From IMG/VR virus record IMGVR_UViG_3300020576_005084, positions 1,184 through 65,183 of that record: 64,000 bases of DNA; one strand, written 5' to 3'. A program made the position numbers and the translations under genes. The stretch is from a virus. Its lineage: Duplodnaviria; Caudoviricetes. The notes under the pieces were generated by a model. That model did no database searches. It was not told the origin of the DNA and worked only from the letters and a program-made list of their open reading frames with translations. This document shows, one piece after another, positions 9,967 to 18,127 of the stretch; positions within the stretch are counted from its first letter, which is position 1; the number at the start of each line of letters is the position of its first letter.

Positions 9967-10826
9967 ACCGTTTCAATGGTGCCGTGGATCGGCGCAGCGG
10001 ACAGCGTGCCACGCGGGCAGCAAACCAAGTTCAGATAGGCGTCGTCTTCGATGATCGGCATGTGCGCGAAGTCAACGAAAGGGATGCGCTCGGCCGGTGC
10101 GTCGACGGTGCGGACGCTTACATTGTCGATGGGCTTCACCAGCACAAAGGCGACCAGTCCGATATCAGGACGGTCAAAGGTCACCGTGTCGATGCTGCGA
10201 ACCCCTGTGTCGCCATACTGCAGCGGCATGAATGGCCCGGCATTCTTCGCTAGGGCAGCCGAGGTCGATATGATCGTGCCGTTCACCGTCTGGGTGTTGC
10301 AGGCCACGCGCGGGGTGTTGCGCCCCGATACGCCGCTGCTGTTGGTGTAGCCAACCGAGAAGGTCGGGTTGCCAGCGCCGCTCTGGCTGGCCACTTCCAC
10401 CGCCATGATCTGCACGCCAGCGCCCGTGACACTGCGCGGTAGCGTGACCGTGTTGGTCATGACCTGCGAGTCGGTGATCGACATGTCGACGAACGGATAG
10501 AACAACAGGTAATCGCACAGGATCATGGGGAGCGGCACGGCGGTGGCCGTCTGCGACATCGCCATGAAGGTCTTCAGGTGCTTCTTGAAGCCGAGCGAGG
10601 AGACGTTGCCGCCGTGCGGGATGCCGCCATCGGTGGACTGCGCCAGCGCAATGGCGACGGCAGGGGACGCCGCATAGTAATTCGGCACCGGATTGCCCGG
10701 CGACATGGATAGGTCGAACCAGATGCCAGCACCCGTCGTCTGCGTGGCGGTCTTGCGCCACGTCGCGAAGAACGACTGGCCAGCAAGGTCAGCATCGACA
10801 AGTCCCTGTACCGAGGCCAGCGTCAT
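9957..10826 (-). CDS. Putative virion structural protein
   Basis: True start is probably MTLASVQG at 10826 (ATGA overlap with the upstream small ORF); 289 aa. Confidence 0.65.
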   Translation of the reverse strand: MTLASVQGLVDADLAGQSFFATWRKTATQTTGAGIWFDLSMSPGNPVPNYYAASPAVAIALAQSTDGGIPHGGNVSSLGFKKHLKTFMAMSQTATAVPLPMILCDYLLFYPFVDMSITDSQVMTNTVTLPRSVTGAGVQIMAVEVASQSGAGNPTFSVGYTNSSGVSGRNTPRVACNTQTVNGTIISTSAALAKNAGPFMPLQYGDTGVRSIDTVTFDRPDIGLVAFVLVKPIDNVSVRTVDAPAERIPFVDFAHMPIIEDDAYLNLVCCPRGTLSAAPIHGTIETVWG

Positions 10827-10999
10827 CCGAGGATACCCGCCTCCCCGGTTGCGACGGCTTCCATGTTGGCGAGAACAGCCGCGTCGATATGGCCGCAAGG
10901 CTTGTACAGTTTGCCATCCTTCATGGGGATCACGGGCTCGCCGCATTCACCGCACTGGTAGATGGACTTCTGGCCCTGAGCAGCGTGGAAAGCTTCCAT
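10823..10999 (-). CDS. Small zinc-finger-like protein (58 aa)
   Basis: Not in the ORF track. MEAFHAAQGQKSIYQCGECGEPVIPMKDGKLYKPCGHIDAAVLANMEAVATGEAGILG has CxxC...CxH and is coupled to both neighbours. Confidence 0.6.
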   Translation of the reverse strand: MEAFHAAQGQKSIYQCGECGEPVIPMKDGKLYKPCGHIDAAVLANMEAVATGEAGILG

Positions 11000-11002
11000 G
11001 CT

Positions 11003-11434
11003 TCAGGTCTCCGTCACGGTCAATGCGCTGGCGGCGAACTGCGGCTGGATGCCGTTGCTGACGACCAGTGAGGCCGACAACGCGCCGGAGTAGAGCAGGT
11101 TACCCGCGCCTGAAGACGCAGTGCCGATGCCAACGTGTGTCAGCGTTGCGCCGGATGCGCCGCACTGGGCGAACTGGGCCAGCGCAGCATTCGACGTCAC
11201 GCCGCCGGACGGAACCGCCCAACCAGACGTCGTTCGAACGATTGGGATGCGGGCATAGTTGGTGTAGGCGGTCTCGTTGGTGGACTGGCTCGCCCCAGCC
11301 GGGCTCGCGGTGTGCAAGCTGAGATAAAGGTCTGTTAGCGGCGCTGACGCGGCGTTGTCCGCGATGTTCGCGATCGCGGTGGCGTTGAAGATCAAGGCCA
11401 GCACTTGGTTGTCGAAAGTCGTGCCTTTTGGCAT
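11003..11434 (-). CDS. Phage virion protein ('LYLSLHTA.P' family)
   Basis: Start MPKGTTF at 11434; 143 aa. The motif LYLSLHTASP...ETAYTNYAR recurs in phage tail/head accessory proteins. Confidence 0.65.
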   Translation of the reverse strand: MPKGTTFDNQVLALIFNATAIANIADNAASAPLTDLYLSLHTASPAGASQSTNETAYTNYARIPIVRTTSGWAVPSGGVTSNAALAQFAQCGASGATLTHVGIGTASSGAGNLLYSGALSASLVVSNGIQPQFAASALTVTET

Positions 11435-11547
11435 GCGTCGGCGCCCCTGATCTTGTTGCCCGAATCCGCTTTGGGCGTATTCGAGATTTTTTGCAAGAGC
11501 TCTTGAATTCCGTAACGCGATGTGTTTGGCGAGACGACGCACCAAAC

Positions 11548-11580
11548 AAAAAGCCCGCCGAGCAATATCGACGGGCTTTT
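11548..11580 (-). terminator. Intrinsic terminator
   Basis: Minus-strand RNA AAAAGCCCGUCGA-UAUUGC-UCGGCGGGCUUUUUG: 13-bp stem with one U-G pair and a U tract. Confidence 0.8.
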
Positions 11581-11621
11581 CTGTCTCTTGGCTGCACGAA
11601 ACTGGCGCAGTTGACGATGAA

Positions 11622-11672
11622 CTACTTCTTCTTGCCGCCCTTTTTCATCGGGGGCATCTTGTCCTTGGCCAT
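11622..11672 (-). CDS. 16-aa basic micropeptide MAKDKMPPMKKGGKKK
   Basis: Strong RBS AAGGAG 6 nt upstream of the ATG; TAG stop; followed by a terminator. Confidence 0.6.
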   Translation of the reverse strand: MAKDKMPPMKKGGKKK

Positions 11673-11738
11673 GTGAATCTCCTTGGTTTGCAACACAGGG
11701 ACGCAGACGATGTGCTGATTCATCCGGTCTGTCCAGTA

Positions 11739-11987
11739 TCACTCGCCCTTGAGCAGCAGCTTCTTGGCCCGGTCGAGCATCCAGTTGACCCGCTCCACCG
11801 TCGCGTTGGTGTTGAGCTCCAGCAGCTGGTACTCGTCCAGCGCCAGCACCACGATCTTGCCTTTAAACCGCCCACTCAGGTGATCAAGGATCTCGTCGGC
11901 CGTCATCTCGCCGATGTCCTTGGTCTTGGGTTTGAAGCGCACGATGGTGTTGTCGCGCCCAGCCGTGTCCTTTTCGTTCTTGATCAT
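11739..11987 (-). CDS. Hypothetical protein
   Basis: 82 aa; ATGA overlap with the terL stop. Confidence 0.65.
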   Translation of the reverse strand: MIKNEKDTAGRDNTIVRFKPKTKDIGEMTADEILDHLSGRFKGKIVVLALDEYQLLELNTNATVERVNWMLDRAKKLLLKGE

Positions 11988-13519
11988 CCCAGCAGGCCCA
12001 TCCCATCGTTGCCCACGTTCTCGAACGCAGGCACGTCAGGCCCCCGGTCGACATACTCGTCGTCGATAATGCGATCGATGACCTCGCACATGGCGCCGAA
12101 CGCGTCGGCGCCGTGGCTGAATTCGTCGTGGTCCGGCGTGGCTGGCTCGTTGTTGGTCTTGCGCACGATGCGCTTGTAGCGGCGCAGGCATTCCAGCAGC
12201 CGCGCGCCGCCGGTCCAGCCGGTCTCGGCCGGGTCGCTGCGGTCGGTGCCGTCGATCATGATGCGAGGGAACGCTTCGCGCGCGGCCTTGATGCGCTGCT
12301 CTGGGCCTGTGCGCTCCATGGGCTTCTTCACCCTGCATCCCAGACCCTTGAGCCACATGTAAGGGCTCTTGCCTGTCTGCGGATTCTTGTGGTCGCCGTC
12401 GTGCGGCAACCAGTGCCAGCCCCAGCGCGAGTAGCGCATGCGCCGCAAGCGTTCGACCATCTCGTCGTAGCGCTGGAAGCTGTCCTCGAGATAGTTGATC
12501 ACCGCAGCGGTCGACGGCGTGGGCTTCTGCACCACGACCACGGTCATTGCGTCGTTCCATCCCAAGTCCCAGATGAAATGCACCTGCAGCCGCGGATCAT
12601 ACGGCACGATGAAGCAGCGCTTGTCCTGCACCATCTGCGCCATTTCCTTGGAGTAGATTGCTCCGATCACGGACGATCTGCACACGCCTTCCCAGATGTT
12701 CTCGTAATCCTCCTTGGTCTTGCTGCGCTTGGCCTCGAGCCGCTTCTTGTTGAGGTTGGCAGGGAACCACGGATTGTCGGACCAGTTCATCTTGACCACG
12801 ACCGCATCGTCCGGCGGGTTGACGACGAACATCTTCCACGTCGGGTCGGTGTCCATGCCCGGGTTGAACGTCGCCCAGATCTCGCTGTTATCCTTGCGGA
12901 TGGTGGGGATCAGGATGTCCCAGCTGTTCTGGCTCACGCTCTGGGCTTCTTCCACCCAGACGATGTCGATGCCCTCGAACGACTTGATGGAGTCGGCCGT
13001 CTGGTCGCTCAGACCAGCGAACACGATCAGCGTGCCGTTGCCGCCGCGGATCTCGGTGTCGTAGACGTCGTAGAAGCCCTCAAGCCCGAGGGCGACGATG
13101 CGATCCTTGAGCAGCTGGTGCACGGACTGCTTGATCGACTTCTGCACTTCACGCGCGCAGAGAATGCGCAGCTTCTGCGCAGCGCCCAGTGCGAGCAGCG
13201 CATCGGCGACTGCCCAGCTCTTACCGCCGCCTCGCCCGCCATAGATGATCTTGTAGGTGTGCAGCTTGAGCAGGAAGCCCAGTTTCTTCGGCAGCTGGAT
13301 GTTGACCTTGCGCGACGGTTGCGTCGGCTCGTGGTCCTCCGGCATGCGGAAGAGATAGTCGTGCTCGCCTGTCTCTGCGTCTGGGTTGAAATCGTCAGCG
13401 CTGATCTCGATGCCCGGCGCGTCGGTGCAGTCGCCCACCAGATCCATGTTCATGCGGATCATGCTGGGTTGGAACGCGGGCTCGTCATCGCCGAGCAGAT
13501 CGGCATGCCTGTGCTGCAT
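11984..13519 (-). CDS. terL: Terminase large subunit (PBSX/P22-like)
   Basis: Walker A 'IIYGGRGGGKS', 'ILCAREVQKSI', Walker B 'IVWVEEAQ', 'TFNP', nuclease 'WDLGWND' and 'HDEFSHGADAF'. Has an acidic N-terminal extension of about 70 aa. Confidence 0.95.
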   Translation of the reverse strand: MQHRHADLLGDDEPAFQPSMIRMNMDLVGDCTDAPGIEISADDFNPDAETGEHDYLFRMPEDHEPTQPSRKVNIQLPKKLGFLLKLHTYKIIYGGRGGGKSWAVADALLALGAAQKLRILCAREVQKSIKQSVHQLLKDRIVALGLEGFYDVYDTEIRGGNGTLIVFAGLSDQTADSIKSFEGIDIVWVEEAQSVSQNSWDILIPTIRKDNSEIWATFNPGMDTDPTWKMFVVNPPDDAVVVKMNWSDNPWFPANLNKKRLEAKRSKTKEDYENIWEGVCRSSVIGAIYSKEMAQMVQDKRCFIVPYDPRLQVHFIWDLGWNDAMTVVVVQKPTPSTAAVINYLEDSFQRYDEMVERLRRMRYSRWGWHWLPHDGDHKNPQTGKSPYMWLKGLGCRVKKPMERTGPEQRIKAAREAFPRIMIDGTDRSDPAETGWTGGARLLECLRRYKRIVRKTNNEPATPDHDEFSHGADAFGAMCEVIDRIIDDEYVDRGPDVPAFENVGNDGMGLLG

Positions 13520-13596
13520 CAGAGTGGTCCTGTCATCAGCAGGTACAAACCGAACACGGTGGCGACGAAAGCGATCAGCACAAGGAGCTCTTTCAT
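13519..13596 (-). CDS. 25-aa single-pass membrane peptide
   Basis: MKELLVLIAFVATVFGLYLLMTGPL; ATGA overlap upstream and TGATG overlap with the terL start. Confidence 0.55.
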   Translation of the reverse strand: MKELLVLIAFVATVFGLYLLMTGPL

Positions 13597-13907
13597 TCGA
13601 CCAGATCCATGTGCTTCGCCTTGCGTGGTGGGTACACGCGCTTCTTCGGCGGGATCGCCACTGGGATCTCCTTGGCGCGCGGCAGCTCGCGCATCAGGGC
13701 GTAGGCCTGCGTGCCCTTGCCGTATCGCGCAAGGATCTGCCGCGTCGTCATCTCGTGTGTGTTCCACTTGCCCTTGTGGCTCAAGCGGACAGCGAAGTGC
13801 TGCGCGCCCGTGCGCTCGACGCGCATGCCAGCGAGCCGCATCAGGCACACGATCTCGTACACCTGATAGTTGGTGTTGCGACAAGACGAGTAGTAGCGCT
13901 TAGGCAT
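13593..13907 (-). CDS. Hypothetical basic protein
   Basis: MPKRYYSSC...HMDLVE, 104 aa, coupled to its neighbours. Confidence 0.6.
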   Translation of the reverse strand: MPKRYYSSCRNTNYQVYEIVCLMRLAGMRVERTGAQHFAVRLSHKGKWNTHEMTTRQILARYGKGTQAYALMRELPRAKEIPVAIPPKKRVYPPRKAKHMDLVE

Positions 13908-14274
13908 TCTTCGCTTGCTGCTTGCGCGCACGGTATGCGGCCTGCTTCGCAGCGTCGTTGGGGTACAGCCGCGGGCGCCCGGCGTTGGGATTGCTGCGCT
14001 TGGGTTTGACCGGATTGCCGATGTCATCACCGACGAGGTCGTAGTTGTCCGAGGTGATGTCATGCTTGCGCTCAGGCTCTGGTGCGTCTGGCACCACGGT
14101 CGACGGGTCGACAGGCTTGAAGCGCGGACGCTCGCCAGCCTGTGGCCTCGTGTCTGCGCGCACCACGGTGTCGCCGCCCTGCGTCTCCTCGACGATCAGC
14201 ACGTCGTCGTTGACCACGTTGACCGGCTCGCGCTTCGGCGCGCTCTTCAGTTTATCCCAGAGTGCGGATCCCAT
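13900..14274 (-). CDS. Hypothetical protein with a C-terminal 'GRPRLY..DAAKQAAYRARK' basic helix
   Basis: Start MGSALW at 14274 after RBS AGGAG; 124 aa. Confidence 0.65.
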   Translation of the reverse strand: MGSALWDKLKSAPKREPVNVVNDDVLIVEETQGGDTVVRADTRPQAGERPRFKPVDPSTVVPDAPEPERKHDITSDNYDLVGDDIGNPVKPKRSNPNAGRPRLYPNDAAKQAAYRARKQQAKNA

Positions 14275-14282
14275 GGTCTCTC

Positions 14283-14651
14283 CTACAGATACTTGATGGC
14301 GAAGCCGTTGCAGATCAGATGCAACGTGTTGTCGGCAATGATCAGCAGCCACACGCTCAGCCACGGCGGCACGTCGGCTGGGTAGCCTGTCGGCGTCACT
14401 GGCCAGATGCACCCGTTCTTCGCCCACACGACGAAGCGCGCAAGGCGCCAGCGATCGATGATGAAATGGGTGATGAAGATGAAGTTCAGCGCACCCCACG
14501 TTGGCGCAAGGAGAATGAACGGCAGCGAGTAGCACAGCACATGCACCACCGCGGCCAACGTCTGTTTGGTCTTCTCCGTCGCCATCCAATGCGACTGGAG
14601 CAGATAGTCGCCGATCAGGTGCGCGAGGATCTGGTCTGCTGTGATGAACAT
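14283..14651 (-). CDS. DUF3307-like membrane protein
   Basis: MFITADQILAHLIGDYLLQ...THFIIDRW...ADNTLHL: the H..GDY..Q, HF.ID and D..LH motifs of DUF3307. Confidence 0.75.
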   Translation of the reverse strand: MFITADQILAHLIGDYLLQSHWMATEKTKQTLAAVVHVLCYSLPFILLAPTWGALNFIFITHFIIDRWRLARFVVWAKNGCIWPVTPTGYPADVPPWLSVWLLIIADNTLHLICNGFAIKYL

Positions 14652-14779
14652 CAGTACCACTCCTCGTCTTTGAGCTTTTCCTCCAACGACCACGTCGCCA
14701 GCATGACGTATAGAAAGAGCAGGCCTGCACCAACTGCAGCGGACACAGGAACGATCAGCAAAAGCCAGTACGGGTTCAT
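14651..14779 (-). CDS. Small membrane protein (42 aa)
   Basis: MNPYWLLLIVPVSAAVGAGLLFLYVMLATW...; one TM helix; overlapping start/stop. Confidence 0.5.
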   Translation of the reverse strand: MNPYWLLLIVPVSAAVGAGLLFLYVMLATWSLEEKLKDEEWY

Positions 14780-15084
14780 GGGTGTGCTCCTTGATCCGTG
14801 TGCTGACGAAAGCCCTTGTAGGCATCGTGCCTGCGCGGGTGGAAGATGTTGCCGCGTGCGCGCTTCTCGAGCACAGCGTTGATGTATGCGATCTGCTTGT
14901 GCGTCACCGGCTCTTGGTACGGTGCAATGCTCTCGGGCAGGATGACCGGCTCGCGCTGGCCTTGGATGTACACGCGCAGATCGCCAGTGAACCTTTCGCG
15001 TTCTGCATGAAGCACCTTGAACGGCACGCCGCGCCAACCGCTGATGTGATCGGAGCTGTGCTCTGTGCGATTGGTCAAGGCCAT
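14776..15084 (-). CDS. Hypothetical protein
   Basis: MALTNRTEH..., 102 aa, coupled to its neighbours. Confidence 0.55.
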   Translation of the reverse strand: MALTNRTEHSSDHISGWRGVPFKVLHAERERFTGDLRVYIQGQREPVILPESIAPYQEPVTHKQIAYINAVLEKRARGNIFHPRRHDAYKGFRQHTDQGAHP

Positions 15085-15248
15085 CAGAATGCACTCCTGA
15101 CGCGCTGCCACCACGACAGCTTTGGGGGTTGGTTGAGCTGCGCGATCGCGTGCTCGGGGCGAACAACATCTTTGTGGTGCGGGCCGTGGTTGTGCAGCAC
15201 GGCGTGCAGCTGACGCTCCAGCAATTCTCTTTCGGTGAGCTCGGTCAT
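15084..15248 (-). CDS. Hypothetical protein (54 aa)
   Basis: MTELTERELL...WWQRVRSAF; RBS AGGAG. Confidence 0.55.
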   Translation of the reverse strand: MTELTERELLERQLHAVLHNHGPHHKDVVRPEHAIAQLNQPPKLSWWQRVRSAF

Positions 15249-15346
15249 GCCATCACTCCTGTTCGAACAACACCAACATCTTTGCGCACCACAAGGCGGC
15301 AGCGCAGTTGCCACGACAACCAATCGACGATGTGCTGGTTGAACAT
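15245..15346 (-). CDS. Hypothetical 33-aa protein
   Basis: MFNQHIVDWLSWQLRCRLVVRKDVGVVRTGVMA; TGATG and ATGA overlaps on both sides. Confidence 0.4.
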   Translation of the reverse strand: MFNQHIVDWLSWQLRCRLVVRKDVGVVRTGVMA

Positions 15347-15882
15347 CAAACCAGCGTCACGTTGATCGACAGGTTCTCGCGCCGCTGGTCGTTGTCCTTC
15401 TCGAATCCGCCCAGATGCTTCATGGCCATGTCGATCGCCTGCAGCTTGTTGAAGGGCTGAAAGTCATTGGGCCCCATGTGCGAGATGGCCGCTGCGGTCT
15501 TGGCATCCAGCTCTGTGAAAAGTTTTCGCGTGCCGTCTGGGTGATAGAGCTTGCGGCGATCGAACGTCGCGATCGCGTGGATCTGCGCAAGCATCTCGTC
15601 CATGTCGAGCCCGGCACGACGCAACGATGTGCCTGCGAGCTCGATGATCCGTGCACGGATCGCAGGACGACGCAGCAGGAACGGTGCGTTTGATGGAGCG
15701 TATCCAGCTGCGATCGCAGCTTGCCGAGCATTTCGCTGCAGCTCGACGTACTTTATGCAAAACAATTGCTCGGCAATCGTCAAGGTTGTTACCGGCAAAA
15801 CATTTTGTGACGGCGGGAGAAGCTCCTGTTCAGGAGTTTCGTCACCAAGCAGGTCGGAATTGTCGCGCCGCGAATCAACCAT
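15346..15882 (-). CDS. terS: Terminase small subunit
   Basis: 'EQLFCIKYV...NARQAAIAAGYA......LLRRPAI' HTH and 'K..A.DM..KHLG.F..D', both typical of TerS. Confidence 0.85.
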   Translation of the reverse strand: MVDSRRDNSDLLGDETPEQELLPPSQNVLPVTTLTIAEQLFCIKYVELQRNARQAAIAAGYAPSNAPFLLRRPAIRARIIELAGTSLRRAGLDMDEMLAQIHAIATFDRRKLYHPDGTRKLFTELDAKTAAAISHMGPNDFQPFNKLQAIDMAMKHLGGFEKDNDQRRENLSINVTLV

Positions 15883-15895
15883 GAGTTACGATTTA

Positions 15896-16078
15896 TCAGT
15901 GAAGGGCGATCTCTGTCCAATACAGCTCGCCAATGCGCCACAGGAAACGCTGCTCGATGCCGGTGACCGGGTAGCGCGTGACCACATACACCCAGTCGTC
16001 ACAGTGCAGCTGCACCTCGACCGGGGCATAGGTCGGCAGCGCCGGTAGCACATGCTCCGGGGCCTGCAGGATCGGCAT
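15896..16078 (-). CDS. Hypothetical protein
   Basis: MPILQAP..., 60 aa. Confidence 0.45.
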   Translation of the reverse strand: MPILQAPEHVLPALPTYAPVEVQLHCDDWVYVVTRYPVTGIEQRFLWRIGELYWTEIALH

Positions 16079-16082
16079 GGAA

Positions 16083-16508
16083 TTACTGCTGGGGCTTGTC
16101 TTTGGAATCGGCCTTGAAGCCGTCTTCGAAGCTGGACTGGGCGCCATCATCAGTGCCTCCGGTGGCACCACGCATCAGGTCCAGAATGGCCTTGAGGGCC
16201 TGCCCCTCATTCTCGAACGTCTGGCCTTCGGGCAGGGCGGGTGTGCCGCCCTCGGCCGGGCTGGCACCTTCGGGAGCGGCCAGATCCTCGCCATCCTCGG
16301 GCTCGTCGCCGCTGATGACGGTGTAGCTGCCGTCCTTGTTCAGCATCACCGTGCAGAGCACGGTGGCATCGCTTTCGTCGCCGTCTTCGTTGTCGTCCTG
16401 ATCCTGCGCGCCTTCGCCGTTCATGGTCTCGTTGTCGGTGTCGCCGAGGAGATCAGCGTTGCCGCTGGGAGCGGGCTGCTTGCCCGCGGTACCGTTCAGA
16501 AGTGCCAT
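16083..16508 (-). CDS. Highly acidic hypothetical protein
   Basis: 141 aa, D/E-rich; RBS GGGG/CAGG. Confidence 0.7.
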   Translation of the reverse strand: MALLNGTAGKQPAPSGNADLLGDTDNETMNGEGAQDQDDNEDGDESDATVLCTVMLNKDGSYTVISGDEPEDGEDLAAPEGASPAEGGTPALPEGQTFENEGQALKAILDLMRGATGGTDDGAQSSFEDGFKADSKDKPQQ

Positions 16509-16571
16509 AGCCAGCCCCTGCAGATGAATCAGGAGCTGACTGAAGACACAGATCGGCCATTAACGCAAGGA

Positions 16572-17384
16572 TCAGCCCAGCAGGTCGCTGTTGTCGGGCG
16601 GGGGATCTGCAGCCAGCATCTCGATATCCTCCTGCCTTGCGCTGCTCTTGTACGCCGCCTCATCTTTTTTCAAAGCCTCGTACCGTTCTATAACTTCTGA
16701 GAGAGAAATGTTCGGGCGTGTTTTTCTCAGAAGCAAGCCATAATCTTTAAGCGGGCCTGATCGCAAACCATCAAGAGATTCAGCGATTTCGTTTTTATTT
16801 TTAGACGTGTGCTTTGCCGCCCGTGATTTATTTTCAGCACCAAAAACCCTTGGAGCATTTTCCCACTCCACCGGATCGGGCCAGTCGTGTGTTTCGAGCT
16901 GACCCAACTTTCCCCTGTGGGTCTCGCATGTGCGCGTCATGCCTGTGACCGAGCGCACAAACATGGTGCTGTTGTGCTCGAACAAAACGCCACACACCTT
17001 GCAAGGCGACGACCACACATATCGGCTGCTCTTGCCTTCCCGAGACACCCCCTCGAGCCGAAAGCGTTGACCATCAGGGGTTGTGAATACTTGACCGGGC
17101 AAAAGTTTTTTATCCTCGCCCCGCTGGGCTGTTTCTTCAAAAGCAATCATCATGTGTCGAAGAGATTTTGCAGCGCCGCGCCGGGGCCTCTCAATCGGGT
17201 CATTTTCACGCGCCTGCTCATACACAATGCTGGCTTCACCTGCTGTGAGAAAAGAACCCAGATATCTTTTCTCGCCACGCACCGTGATGGCTGCAGTAAA
17301 TCGATCGATGCGCCTGTCGTAGGTCACACCAACATAGGCCGCAGCTTCTGCGCGTTTCCGCTCGAGTGTTTCGTTGTCTATCAT
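16572..17384 (-). CDS. AP2-domain DNA-binding protein with a putative Zn-binding domain
   Basis: N-terminal 'YVGVTYDRRIDRFTAAITVRGEKRYLGSFLTAGEASIVYEQA' matches AP2; internal CxxC...CxxH; lower GC than the flanks. Confidence 0.7.
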   Translation of the reverse strand: MIDNETLERKRAEAAAYVGVTYDRRIDRFTAAITVRGEKRYLGSFLTAGEASIVYEQARENDPIERPRRGAAKSLRHMMIAFEETAQRGEDKKLLPGQVFTTPDGQRFRLEGVSREGKSSRYVWSSPCKVCGVLFEHNSTMFVRSVTGMTRTCETHRGKLGQLETHDWPDPVEWENAPRVFGAENKSRAAKHTSKNKNEIAESLDGLRSGPLKDYGLLLRKTRPNISLSEVIERYEALKKDEAAYKSSARQEDIEMLAADPPPDNSDLLG

Positions 17385-17689
17385 CAGTGGCAAATCCTTT
17401 TCTTCGGATCTTTCATGTAATAAAAATCGAGCCGCATCTCAGCGTAGCCAAGATCTGTTTCGCCCCAGAGCCAGTCGACATCGAGCAGCGCCTCATAGAT
17501 GGCCGAGGGGCGGGCCCCTTCTTCCATCATGCAATCGATCACGGCATCCTTGGCATTAAGATATTCGCCATGATGTTCCACGTCGGTCAGCGGAGACTCT
17601 GGTATGTCATAGCCCCCTAATGCTTCGAACTCGGCCTGTTGTTCGAGGGTGAGCTGTTCTCTTTCGGCCTGTCTCTTTTTCGATAGCAT
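17384..17689 (-). CDS. Hypothetical protein
   Basis: First gene of the leftward arm; RBS-like GGAG upstream; TGATG overlap with the next gene. Confidence 0.6.
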   Translation of the reverse strand: MLSKKRQAEREQLTLEQQAEFEALGGYDIPESPLTDVEHHGEYLNAKDAVIDCMMEEGARPSAIYEALLDVDWLWGETDLGYAEMRLDFYYMKDPKKRICH

Positions 17690-17735
17690 CACCGGCTCCA
17701 CAACGAATCACTTTCACACTCCAAACCTATATTGT

Positions 17736-17880
17736 ACTCAGCACTGCTGCAAACCATACGCCTCTCCGCTGCGTGGGGTAGACCTAAAGGTCTATACCCC
17801 CATACACAGCAGAGCGGGGTGGAAGAGTAATATTGGGTGCAGAGTAATGAGTGCTGAGTTGATGAGTAGCTTAGAGTATA
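17736..17880. other. Nested imperfect palindrome plus GAGTA repeats at the transcriptional divergence point (candidate origin or packaging site)
   Basis: TGGGGTAGACC-TAAA-GGTCTATACCCCA (17774-17801); outer arms ACTCAGCACT (17736) and AGTGCTGAGT (17850); four [A/T]GAGTA copies at 17824, 17841, 17863 and 17873. Confidence 0.5.
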
Positions 17881-18051
17881 GCTTTACTAAAAGAGCGCAT
17901 TGCTGAAACAACATAAAAACCGTGTTGCCTGCCGCCCGTCTAAGCATGCCGCGCGGCTCGGCCGCCTACCACGACACCGGCCGCCCGAGGCCAGCACCGG
18001 GCCCCGGGCCAGACAGGCAAAAACCCAGCTTTTCGGCCAAAAACAACCCCA

Positions 18052-18081
18052 TTGTATTTCGTAACGATATGCGCATATCAT
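18052..18081 (+). promoter_or_regulatory. Sigma70-type early promoter overlapping the palindromic operator GATATGCGCATATC
   Basis: TTGTAT-N18-TATCAT; perfect 14-bp palindrome at 18066-18079. Confidence 0.65.
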
Positions 18082-18127
18082 GTCCTGCAACCTGTGAGTT
18101 GCAGCAACCAAAGCAAGGACCGACAAG

